NCBI GenBank assembly: GCA_965649825.1
Contig: OZ287706.1
Coordinates: 310,001 to 374,000, forward strand
Direction of reading: 5' to 3'
DNA length: 64,000 bases
DNA from: Penicillus capitatus
Lineage: Eukaryota > Plantae > Chlorophyta
The notes below the pieces were generated by a model. It was not told the DNA's origin. It saw nothing but the letters and a program-made list of their open reading frames with translations, and did no database searches. Positions 49,850 through 60,939 of this stretch are shown here, in pieces (position 1 is the first letter of the stretch; the number at the start of each line of letters is the position of its first letter). The position numbers and the translations under genes are program-made.

Positions 49850-52600
49850 CATCAGCCGATAGCTGCCGCAAACTAAAAAAGTCCCTCTACTCCTAAGATA
49901 GGTTCCTTCCTTTATGCACAATACCACTTTTTAAACGAAAGCGTCCTTATTACTCCTTCGAGTAAGACGTCGAGTGACGCGATCTTTTGGGATTCAACGA
50001 GTAGTCTGGTTGGTGCACGAGACAACGTAAGTTTCGCTCAATTGTTTACTGTGTATGCGCGTTCGGGTAACGCAACTAACATGAAAAATAAAGGCGTTTT
50101 GAGTCTACGAGAAACGGATTTTTTGTCTTTCTTAAAACGTATGCCCCACACAGGCAGACAAATGAGACAGTACAAAAAATCTTTTGCTGCTAGTTCACTT
50201 CAGAATAACGTTTCCTTAAGAGTATCATTTGTATCAACGCTTAAGGGACTCTTTCTGTTATGCGCGTAGAATTACTGCCTCTACAATAAACTCTCAACTT
50301 ACATGACATGCTGTTGTAGATAAGAAGTCCAGAATGAACGATCCAAAGCCTTTAACATCCTTTCCGTACTGGTCTCTTTATTAGATCTGTTTGCATTTGC
50401 ATCTATTGTTGTGCTAAATCTGTTTACAATTCGAGTACCCAACGATTACGCCATTGCATCGCTTTCTAAAAGACTCAATCAAATCATGCGTGAAGCTTTG
50501 ACGAAGAAATATAATCAAGTTGAGACGCAGATGAATACGAATATTAGAACTTTGGAGAATAAATACCTGCTTTAAAGCAATAGCGTACGCAAGTATCAGC
50601 ACGCAATGATTCTGACACATATTTAACATCACACGCACTGTCTCACGGCGTCCACGTTCAACTGAAATTCGTGCAAACAATTTCACCACTATTGAGATTG
50701 GCATCAATGACTTTTTTCAGACAGTTCTTATGGACACGTTTCCCGTCGCACAAATCAGCTGGCAGAGATTTGCACAGTGTCATACCTTATCAAGATACTC
50801 TCGTTGGTCGGGCCGCGCAGCGAGTGAGTAAAAGGAAGAGTTTTACACTGTCTAGGACAATGTAATGTAAGGCTCAAAAAATCAATATCTTTCCCCGCAC
50901 GGCGATGTGACTTCCTAGGGAGTTGCGCCAGTATACTTCCAGAGCCTGAGAAAAGATGCCCCTCCGCTTTTCATGGGCCCCTTCTCCCGAGGCAGTCCCG
51001 AGGCACGCTCCCGGCCACTGAAATTTCACATGTTATTGGACTTTCCGAATTAAATCTCGCACAAATGCAAAAACAACGCAACACGGAAGAAACGTCCACA
51101 TCACTGTTAGAAGACAGAGCTAGATATCTTTCTACTCTTAGAATGGAGCTCGTTCACTTTCCAATCAACAGAAGTGCACAATAAAGCTGGATAAGATGAA
51201 AAAAATCTTTCATGCCGATACACTTGTGTGCAAATGCTTGCTCGTGACAAAATATATGCAGGCTGTGCCTAGAGAAGACTTGGAAAATTACTTCGACCGG
51301 TGTGAATGCAGGAAAGAAGTCTGTGTAAAGTGAAGATATCGAAAAATAGAATAAAAGGCCGACTTACCGCTTTCTTGACGTGAGAAATGCCGAAGAAGGC
51401 CCATATCAAGCTTGCATCAGTGGAGTTCAGCAAATCTTGAACAATCCTTTGTATCTTCGGAAAATAAGTTTGTGGAATTCGGCGAGCAGCTGGGCAAAAT
51501 TTTGCAGAACTGTTACCCATTTTGCAACTAGAGGTCGGAAGCAGAAAGTGCGTAGAGAAGGTAGGTACAATGGAGCACAGAATAACCGATAGGCAATCCA
51601 CAGCTAAAAAACCATTCGATACACAGTGTTGCATAAACAAACGCTGGAAATTCTTCTAGAGCTACAAGGGAAATCTCCGCGACCTTCTGTTGACCGGGTG
51701 CAAGTGACTCTGTCACAAGCTCTCATCTCGTAACCAGTTGTCCTTTCTCTGGTTCTACAAGCTTTCGTAATCGAAACTCAGGCTTAATCGACTCCGCTTC
51801 ATCCGCCACGTTATAACATTTCATCCATGAACTCGCTGAGCTTTCCTATCTCTTCAAGGCCTTTTCGCTGTTATTAATACAGTCTCACTAACACTCTCTT
51901 CTTCGTAGATACTGAATAAGAAGCACTAACAACACAGACCAACATACAGAACTGGCCAATGTGGATTCAATAAAAGAGCTTGTGTTGCGAAATGATGCAA
52001 CCTCTATGGATCTTGTCAGCAACTTCTCCATCCTGATAGTGACGACATTATTTTTTGGCAATAGATACAATAAACATGTTGCGGGGACTGGTATGGATAC
52101 GATAGAAGCTAGTACACGTAGAACTTCTCTGCACTGCTGCCGACTACCGTCGTACACATCGCGGTTATGTACTACGACAACATCCGACAAATACGGAAAA
52201 TAATCCTTTGTGGGCAAGTGCGCCAAAGCTCAGTCACTTCCCAGGAACCGCGATCAAAGTTTGTGTCTCTTTGAATGCATGTGATGAATGGCACTGTCAA
52301 GTTCTTGAATGTCAGAAGTCTTCATCGGATACCTCGGCTTGACCAGTACACTGCCTTCGGAGTCTTGTCTTCTTGTTGCGAAGAGTTGTCGACATCTTGA
52401 ACAAAATGCCAGGAAATCTGTCGAATGTCCTTCAACAATCTTCTTACCCATTGTTAAAACGGGGGCCGTCCCACATTGTACGGTAAGCGAAGCGAGAGTA
52501 GTCCATGTTCCTTCCCAGTACAAACGAGAGAACGGTGTTTTCCGCACAGGAGTGCAACAGCTTGACGCCAAAGAAACCAGTTGATACCTAGTTCTGGAAT
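49850..52600 (-). pseudogene. Decayed multi-exon pseudogene, weakly resembling the N-terminal half of an RNA-dependent RNA polymerase (RDR1/2/6 type)
   Basis: Protein-like frames with in-frame stops, a frameshift and splice-like sites. Short segments in RDR order: IHRGCIIS, EFRLRKL, LVALEEFPAF, PVEVIFQVFS, VDSKRLYFS, LKSGIV...FSLRQL. Similarity is low and judged by eye; no DxDGD motif seen. Confidence 0.3.
50799..51030 (-). mobile_element. Degenerate solo LTR related to the 33.6-35.9 kb LTRs
   Basis: Collinear blocks GACTGCCTCG, CCTAGGAAGTCACATCGCC, TGTAAA..TCTTCC and CCCGACCAACGAGA match the LTR, with similar spacing at the 3' end. The terminal CA is mutated and no TSD was found. Confidence 0.45.
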
Positions 52601-53491
52601 ATTGGAAGCTGTATACACAACAATGAGAAAGGTTGACAATGCCTGGATGCGAGTGCATCTCGATGCTTCCTTCTCTCACCTTAACTGTGTGCTATTCGAT
52701 ATCTAGTATGTGCACACATTTTATCGCACTCTTGTTCTCATTGTGCAACAGTGGCGACCTTGTTTAGCCATTTGTAGAAAAACGCAGAAGTGACCGCTAT
52801 GAGAAAGAGTGACAAAATCTCCGCACAACAAACGCATCTCGCTAAAGCTCATTTCTCGCACAGCTGAGACCAGCGCATGCTCACTTTATCGCTAAGTACT
52901 CGTTCATTTTTCAGTCCTTTGGATAATAAGCTGGATGTAACGTGACCAGCCGGTGAGCAAAACGTGCTTGAAAAATGCGACCTTAGAATGCTGCCGCCTA
53001 ATTGTGTTCGGATTGAATGCGCATCCTCCCCTCCTAGTCCATTCTCACGACTCGCGTCTTCTGAATGACGCTCAAATCGACACGCAGCAAGAGCGCCATC
53101 TATTCAATAATTTAAGCATGTCGCTGGGTAAGCCAATGGAGAAGATTGGTTGTCGATAGATGCGTGCGGGTTTTGATGGTAATGGTTCGTTACAAGGGTA
53201 ATCGTTCGTCAGCCAGCCTTCACGTAATGGATTTAACGAGCCGAATGGAAACACATGCATTCACCTTCGACTCTGTGCAAAAACGAACAAACAACCATGC
53301 AGCAGGTGTGTCTAGTCGACGGCGTTCAATGAACGCACCGTGGTCGCTAGACGCATTCACAGCAGAAACAAAAAAAGCAACTAACAAAAAGATAATGAGA
53401 GAGACCGAAAGGATGTTAGGCATCAGTGCCAAAAGGAACTTGAGCGTCTGGTCGCCAGTAATAGGCTGGGCACGAAGCCACTTGAAGATGT

Positions 53492-54469
53492 CTAACGTCC
53501 ACCACCACCGGCACCACCAGCAGTTCCGGCATTTGCACGCGCTACAGATGCAGGCACGTCATGAGATTTGAATGGGTCTGCGTTCTGCTTACCATCTCCG
53601 ACGACAGCCGCCGCACTGCGTCCATCGACGGTCGCGACGACGACGCTGCCGGACACAGCTCTGACCCGAATCGCAGCCACAGCAGCTCCGGGAGTAACGA
53701 GAGCTAACGCAAGAGCGGTGACTTCGACGAAGGCGACTCCAATGGCTTGAGACAGCTGCGAGGCAGCAGCACTTGCTTGTCCCACGCCATTGACACAGGC
53801 GTCCGCCTGCGCCTTCGCAAACGCCTGAACAGTGACTGACGAGATAGCCCGAGCAGCTGCAGACGCGCTTGCGAAGGAAATTTCGTTCGCCGCTTGGGCA
53901 AGCACCTAAACGCCCGTCACGTCATCTAGATGAAAGGTGAACGACATGGAAGCATACGGCAACGAAGGCTTCTGCTGTCGCGGTCGCTGATGACTCAGCA
54001 GTCGAGGCCGCGCGACCACAGGCGCGGCCACCTGAGGACGTCGATACAATTTGAACGGATGCTGCAGCAAATGCCTTTGCGATGGCTACGGCAAAGGCTG
54101 TCGCTTCCGCGCGCGCTATGGCAATGGCGTCCCCTCCAGAGCGGACACGAGAAACCGCTCTTGCTATAGCGCTGGCGAATTGGCTTCGAGCTCGGGATGC
54201 GGAAAATGCTTGGGCAACAATAATAACGGTGCCACCAGTGGAAGATGCACTGGCTCCTGCAGCCGCACTTCCTCCTGATGTGCTTGATGCACCAGCAGAC
54301 GTACCCGCGATTGCTGTGTTCTGCAATAAGGCTCTCGAATCAGAGCCGGTCAGTTCCCTCGCCTAAGCGGCCATTGCTCAGACCATTCGTCTTCTTGAGC
54401 ATCGGCACGAACCGCAAAGGCATGGGCACAGAAAATCAGGCAGAGAATACACGAAGCCTTCAACTGCAT
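53492..54469 (-). CDS. Secreted Ala/Ser-rich family, paralogue E (4 exons)
   Basis: MQLKASCILCLIFCAHAFA|ARELTGSDSRALLQ...AFAVAIAKAFAAASVQIVSTSSGGRACGRA...AFVA|VLAQAAN...DACVNGVGQASAAASQLSQAIGVAF. Confidence 0.88.
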
Positions 54470-54596
54470 GATAGAGAAGATGTAACGAGGATGCTTCGAA
54501 CGCCTTTGCCGAATTCGCTGAAGAAACCCGCAAGTGACCGGGAAGCGAACGCCGTCGAAACACAACAGACTGAATACAACAGCAAACTTTGCGCGT

Positions 54597-54603
54597 ATTT
54601 ATA
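54597..54603 (-). promoter_or_regulatory. TATA box of paralogue E
   Basis: TATAAAT on the minus strand about 134 bp upstream of ATG 54469. Confidence 0.6.
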
Positions 54604-56731
54604 CGCTGGGACCTACGACCAGCCCTGGCTTTAGAATCCGTGTTGAAGCTCTGAAGATTACAAAAGAGTTACGTTATGTGTATCGGATACTCTTCACTAC
54701 ACTGTACCAAAGAGGGAATCTATCTTAACAAGACCAGTTCGTGCACGAGGCAAGCAGGCTTCTGTGTTTTATCACAAAGCGTCTGCTGTGTCAGTGGTTT
54801 GACGACAGGCGAGCTTTCGTTTGATCGCGGTAGTCGGAGTCCACGCAAAGATAACGTGGTGTGTACAGGAATGATCCTGTGGTCTTCGCAGAAGCACTCA
54901 TTGTACAGAACAATTGCTGACACGTCAGTGTACGTCGAAAGGATGGGTGGATGTGACGTTTTTTGTTCGGCTAGAACGTTCGACCACGTGGCACATCTCT
55001 GTTCACAGCTCCCTCTTGAGTTCTGAAAAGGCACTTTGCGTTTAGCTGTCCTCATGCAAACACGAGGTCCTTCGACGGCTGCGATTTCCGCCTCGACAAG
55101 ATGCGCAGTCGATCTGCAAAATGCGGTGTGACGAAGCAGATCTTCGTCAAGGGTTGAAGCCCACACGTGCCACTTGAGTTGGCAAGGGCGCCGTGAGCGA
55201 ACGACTTGCTGCGCTATTTGTGAGCGGCAACGATTTGTTCTTTCAACCAGGACGGTATGGCTGACGCGACTTCTGCAAGGCCGTGCGTTTGCTTTTCGAC
55301 GTTAGAGTCGACATAGTCGTGTGCGCAGCTCAGATATCTACTGGCTCACGCGTTACGTGCAGCACAGCGTCCAATCCGCCTGTCTTTCAGCGGCGTCGAG
55401 AAAGTCAGAAAACCCGCGGGTATAAAAATAGTGAGTGGCACGTGTGGCTTGCCTGGACGCGCCTGCCTGTCTGCGGGTATAACAGAAATCAAAAGCGTTC
55501 AACATTCGGTGTAACGAAGTCCAAAGCTGAGAATCTGACATCACTGCATGTTTGTTGCATGCTCTGGCATCTATCTCTCTCAGGGAGAGCTTTGCACAAG
55601 TCGTTCGGGGTCACATCACATTCTAAGAGGAATGAAATGCGTTCAAGTGACAGGGACAGAGAATCAATGCCTGTAAGGTTCCAGCGAAACCGATTCCACA
55701 AACACATCGCCAATCTACATAAACCTAACAATGCACCCAGAAACCGTTGGATCTTGGTCATGCAATACCAAAGCTTGGCACTTTGGCGAGACACCTACAG
55801 ATTTTAATATAATATTAAAGACAATGCTGACTAGACTCGTCTGTTTGTTGAAGTGAGGCTGGTGTCATCTCTTTGATCCTGAGTGCCAAACAAAACACGT
55901 AGACAGAAATGAATGAGCACGAGCCCATGATTCATTTCGAAGAGCTAGTCGCCAAAGTTTATCTGCAGAGGACTTGAGCTCCGTCAACTAACTAACTGTC
56001 AATGAGAAATCGTTTCCATAAAAAGAGTGAGAAGAACACAAACACTCAAACGATTTTCTGAACACAAAACCGACGCGTTCATTGCGTTGGCGCAGTTCCT
56101 CCTTTAGTCTTGCAGAGTGCGTCCGACTCTTTCGGTCGAAAAGAACGCAACGACGCGTCGTACTCGAGGAGGTCCGAATCGTGAAAGGCAGTGCGCCGTG
56201 TACGACGGATGAACTTGATTAGACAATTGACGCCAACGATGACGTCCAACTCAAAGACAAAGACAGTTGAAGATGAGCTGAATTCGTCCACCTCCTTGAC
56301 GATGCAAACAACGAGGGCGGTACACTTGAAGCTTGAAGCCGTGGTTATTTCTTGCATATTTGATGCCACTACTCTAACTACAGCATAAGGGTTCTATCCT
56401 CCGCTGCCATTCAGCCTGTTCGATTTCGATGGATCGCGATCGGTGAATGTGTCGATCGTGAGACAAGCAACCAATAAAAGCGAATGGCTATTACAGAAGA
56501 CGGATAGTACTGCGGTAACCACCCAAATCTAAAGAAACTGGTATGGCAGAGATTGCCAAGGAGCATAGTTCAGAGACTTCCGATGCACGATTGTGCAACA
56601 ACAACCCCTTACGCCCCTTTGGAGATTCTGAGTATTACAATGACAATGAAGGATACAAAATAGCGACACGTATCAGTGATAAGAATGAATGCATTTGGAC
56701 AACACAGCAGCATCAGACGGATGCTGATGTC

Positions 56732-57698
56732 TCAGGGTGTAACATCGATAGAAAAGGACGTGCTCGTATCTGCATCAGCTAGAGAGACAGAACGGCGTCA
56801 ATCTCACGCATGTATGAACATAAGCTTACCGCCGGCGCCACTGCTCTCGACTGTCGCAGTGCTTTCGATGGTGGTGACGACGACTGTGTCACCAGAGGCT
56901 GTGACATCGACCATCGCGACCGCCGATTCAGGCGTGACACTGGCGACAACGACGGCCGAGACTTCCGCGGAGACGGTGACGATGGCCTGAGCCAACTGTG
57001 AGGCCATCGCTTCCACTTGGCCGACACCGTTGACGCATGCGTTAATATTTGCTGAAGCAAACGCTTGGACTGTCGCCGACTCGACCGCCGTGATCGCGTC
57101 TGTTACGCTGACGAAGAGCTCAGGATTGGACGCTTGAGCGAGAACCTGAGGAAACACAACGCTGGTGATCGACAGACGGTGGCCATGGCATGATCACACC
57201 TCGATGAGGGCACGAGCCGTCGCTTCAGCAGAGGCTTCGGCGCTGACTTGCACACTGGCGCAAGCCGTGGCAGTGGGGGACGTCGATTCAATGCTAACAG
57301 ATGCTGCCACGAAGGCCGAGGCGATGGCCTCAGCGAATGTCCTTACTGCCTGAGTCACCGTTAATTCTGTACTTTCGCCTGCCTCTGCTTGGACGACGGC
57401 TTGTGCGATGGACGCAGCAAAGTCATTGCGAGGTCCGTCCGCAGAAAAGGTGGTATCTCGGGTTGCTCTCGCGATAACCGACACCGAAGAACCTAAAGCG
57501 CCGCCACTCGCATTCGAATCGCATCACATTACTCAAACACTGAACTGGTTTGTAATAACGATCGTGCTGCCAAGCCCTTCAAATCGCGCACCTATATATC
57601 CATCATTCCTCCATGATACCTTCCACGAAGCACAGAGATACCGCCAAGGTCTGAGAGCAGATTAGCAGGCAGAAGGCAGAAAACGCAACGAGCTGCAT
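56732..57698 (-). CDS. Secreted Ala/Ser-rich family, paralogue F (5 exons)
   Basis: MQLVAFSAFCLLICSQTLA|VRDLKGLAARSLLQ; a 53-nt phase-1 intron at the same place as in D restores the frame; TFAEAIASAFVAASVSIESTSPTATACAS...ALIE|VLAQASNP...ANINACVNGVGQV. Confidence 0.85.
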
Positions 57699-57844
57699 AG
57701 TGGATGCTAGACCCTCTCGGTTTCAAAATGTTGCCGCAAAAACGTCTGGCAGACGAATAAGGATCAAAATACCAAATGCGTAAAGGACGAGCACGTTTTT
57801 CAGCAGTGTATAAGATTTGTTGAAAAAACAAGGAGCGCTTCGCC

Positions 57845-57851
57845 TTTTATA
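57845..57851 (-). promoter_or_regulatory. TATA box of paralogue F
   Basis: TATAAAA on the minus strand about 153 bp upstream of ATG 57698. Confidence 0.55.
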
Positions 57852-58326
57852 AGTCGCGGTGACTTGAAACCATCTTCCTTCCGAGAAGCGACGTGAAGTC
57901 GTTTGTCTGTCGACCACGTATGAGGACGATGATTTGTGGAAGAGACCCTATGATAGCATCCATCCGAGGAGGTTGCCGCGTAGCTGTCGAACATGACTGA
58001 ACATTTCGCGTCATGCTTCTGTACCTCGCGATCTCATGCGCGGTGCATGAGCACCCTCTTCACTGAGGCACTCGAGTTATGGGTGCCGCAGTCAAACGCG
58101 AAATTCTTCAAAGCGTCTTTGCGGCGAAAGACGACGACGAGACGTTGAAGGTCATTAATCGTCTGTTGGTCGCGTTGCGCTGTTGACTCGGAGAAGGTTA
58201 AACGGTATGAGTGGTTATGGAGAAGGAAACTCGGATTTGAGAGCGACGCCAACTGACGACGCTCGCCTTCACTCAACGGGCGTTCTCACAAGATCACGTC
58301 GGGCGCGACTTCTTAGTGAACAGGAA

Positions 58327-60098
58327 ATGGAAACGGACGCAAAGCGCGCGGAAACGATGGACAGCTCGACAGACGAGAGCAGCTCAGGTGCGTCGTCGCC
58401 CGCACGACAAAACTGAGAAACCGAATCGACGGCGACGCAGAATCGCAAAGCGCATCGGACGACGAAACGTCGATGAACAAAGTAGGGACATCCACAAGAC
58501 CGCCATTCGTGCTAGGTGCACGTCTAGAGGCAAGAACAGGGCAAAATCCGTGGAAGAACCTGTCAAGTGTGTCTGTCTCTATAACATGAACCGCGATCGT
58601 GTGGATGGTGACCAGGGCGGTCCCGGATTTGACGATCTGGTTCTTCCCTGTGCCGATGTCGCATCGATTCGAAAACGAAGAGAGGAAAGCGGGACGTGTA
58701 CATCCAGAGACAAAGCAGATCTGCGCCGCCGACTGGCAGAAGCGAATACGGCATTGATGCTGTCGACGTTGCCAGAGAGTCTGCCTTGCCGAGACGAGGA
58801 GAAACGACAGATTCAGGAGATGCTGGAAGATTTCTTCAGCCAACGTCTGTGTGCTTTGGTTGCCGAGATTTGTCATGATTGATGTGACGGCAGGAACCGG
58901 CCGATCGCTGTATATCTGTGGCGTGCCCGGAACGGGAAAGACGGCGACGACGATGGAAGTCGTGCAACGTTACAAAGATCGACCGGATACCAAAGTACTT
59001 AACCGTTTTACACAGAAGAGTGAGAAAAGTGTGACGCTGTTAGTTCGTTCTGCTGAATTGCTTAAGCATGGCATCGGCCAAAGATCTCTACTCTGCACTG
59101 TACACGAGCCTTTTTGGACAAGAGGCAGGAAAGAGCGTCTCTTTGGCGCACCTGAATCGACACTTTCGGGAAACCGAAGAACTGACGGTGCTGATTCTGG
59201 ACGAGATGGATGTGCTGCTGACGAAGAAGTCGGCGGAGTTATACAATCTGTTTGAATGGTGCTGGGAAGGAGGGCGGCTCTGTATCCTGGGCATCTCCAA
59301 TACCGTGAACCTACCCAAACGATTACCGGCTCCCGTGCAAAAGTCCATCCATCACGGCAGTCCATGCCACTCGTAGAGTGACCGTCTCGTTTTTAGGCGC
59401 ATGGGAACAAACACACTCACTTTCAAGCCCTATACCAAACAACAGATGGAATGGATCGTACGCGATCGGTTGGGCAATGCCGATGTCTTCCATGACATGG
59501 CCATTCAACGCGCCGCCGCTAAAGTGTGACCTTCCATCATGGATCCAGTACATAAGTGTGACATCAGGTTTCGCATGCGAACGGAGACGTGCGACGTTGT
59601 CTGCAGCTTCTTCAATTAACGATCGACATCTTCGAGCGTTCCTACATCGACAACAACGACACGATCACCGTAACCACCTGTCACATCACGTCTTTATCCA
59701 CAGACGGGCCTTCTCAGGCGCATCACGTCGGCGATGCTCTGACGGAGATGTTTGGCGATGAGATTCTGAGCGATTTGGACACGACAGAGAAGCTCCTTCT
59801 CGCTGCTTTCCTCTTTTCCCGTCGGGCTTCGACAAGAGACGATCAGAGCGGCGTTTCGGCCCAGGAGATCCTGCAGAGAGTCGGTGACAGTGCCCGTCTG
59901 TCCGATGTGCCTCTCCCTCCTCACGCCTTTCTCCTGGACGCCCTTACCGATCTGCACACAGCCGGGATCGTACGCATCGACGATGTCCACAAACGACTGT
60001 TCGAACGGGCGACGCTCAACGTTTCGGAAACGGACGTGACAAAGTCCATTGCACAAGATCATCGCCTCGAGCGATTGAACACTTCCCTCAGAATGTAA
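58327..60098 (+). CDS. ORC1: Origin recognition complex subunit 1 (AAA+ and winged helix); start uncertain
   Basis: LMLSTLPESLPCRDEE, Walker A SLYICGVPGTGKTATTMEVV, Walker B ILDEMD, LYNLFEW, ILGISNTVNLP, RMG..TLTFKPY, GDVRRCL. Confidence 0.82.
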
Positions 60099-60126
60099 TC
60101 ACACCAGGCCTGTTTGCCTGTCTGTC

Positions 60127-60842
60127 TCAATCAAACGTCGCCCATTCTTGCGTTCCTGCCGGTGGCGTCTTCGTCTCAGATGATGGTGGCGGCGGGGAGA
60201 GAATCTTGATGGGACCCATTGGGGAGGCCGCGCTCTTCTTTGGCGCCGAGACTTTGTTCTTGATATCGACACGAATCGTCTGTCCTTCTTTCAACCGCAG
60301 ATCCGCAATGGGTCTGTGCAATGCCGCGACTTCAGGGCTCATCTCAGCAGATGACGACGCTCCTGGACCACCAGGTCGTTCCCTAACATACAAACGTCAC
60401 ATCATCTTGGTACACCACAAACTGCACAGAGCTCTTGCCGAGCCGATCGTCGCTCATTGTCTTCTAACGCGGCGCTGAAATCGAAAGCGACGTCGCGCGT
60501 TTCGAAGCCCATTCCCAGAAAGGCATGGTCGTTCGTTTCGGTGTTCTCCACACGGACGACGAAATTTCGCGACGAGTCGGCCGCAGGTTCCACCGCCAGA
60601 TGTCGCTGACCCATCCGGACGGGCACCAGAGCAAAAAGCTCTCCTGTTGATGTGTCCTCGAATCGAATTTCAGCTTCGTGGCCGAAAGCGACGAAACGTA
60701 AACGGCCGTGGAATATCTCGTCGGCCACTCGCCATTCGCCACTTCGGTAGCCACCGGCGGCGGGGCGAGGTGGAATGCGATATAGACGAACGGCGGCGCA
60801 GATAAACAGCGTCTGTTCGATAACGTCTTCGGACGACGCCAT
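60127..60842 (-). CDS. NECAP: Adaptin ear-binding coat-associated protein (NECAP)
   Basis: LYRIPPR...GYRSGEW, TGELFA, AVEPAADSSRNFVVRVE...HAFLGMGFETRDVAFDFSAAL, LRLKEGQTIRVDIK, ending in WATFD*. Confidence 0.92.
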
Positions 60843-60939
60843 AGCGTAGAACGTGTAAACTCCAAGCGCACGAACGAACGCGTCGCCTGAACGAACGTAC
60901 ATACGCATGAAGGTCTGTGTGTCATGCCACTCGACAACG

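Noticed and set aside
44159-53432. Hydrophobic small ORFs at 44159-44389 and 53220-53432 as secreted or membrane peptides
   Set aside because: Both lie just downstream of paralogues C and E in T-rich, 3'-UTR-like sequence, which translates as hydrophobic by default.
42569-56369. Similarity between FKRAVLLTCCSVDEVD (42.6 kb) and FKCTALVVCIVKEVD (56.3 kb) as a second paralogous family
   Set aside because: Only about 16 residues with a gap and no flanking similarity; could be chance.
58851-60098. CDC6 rather than ORC1
   Set aside because: PESLPCR, GVPGTGKTAT and LYNLFEW fit ORC1 better; a phylogeny would settle it.
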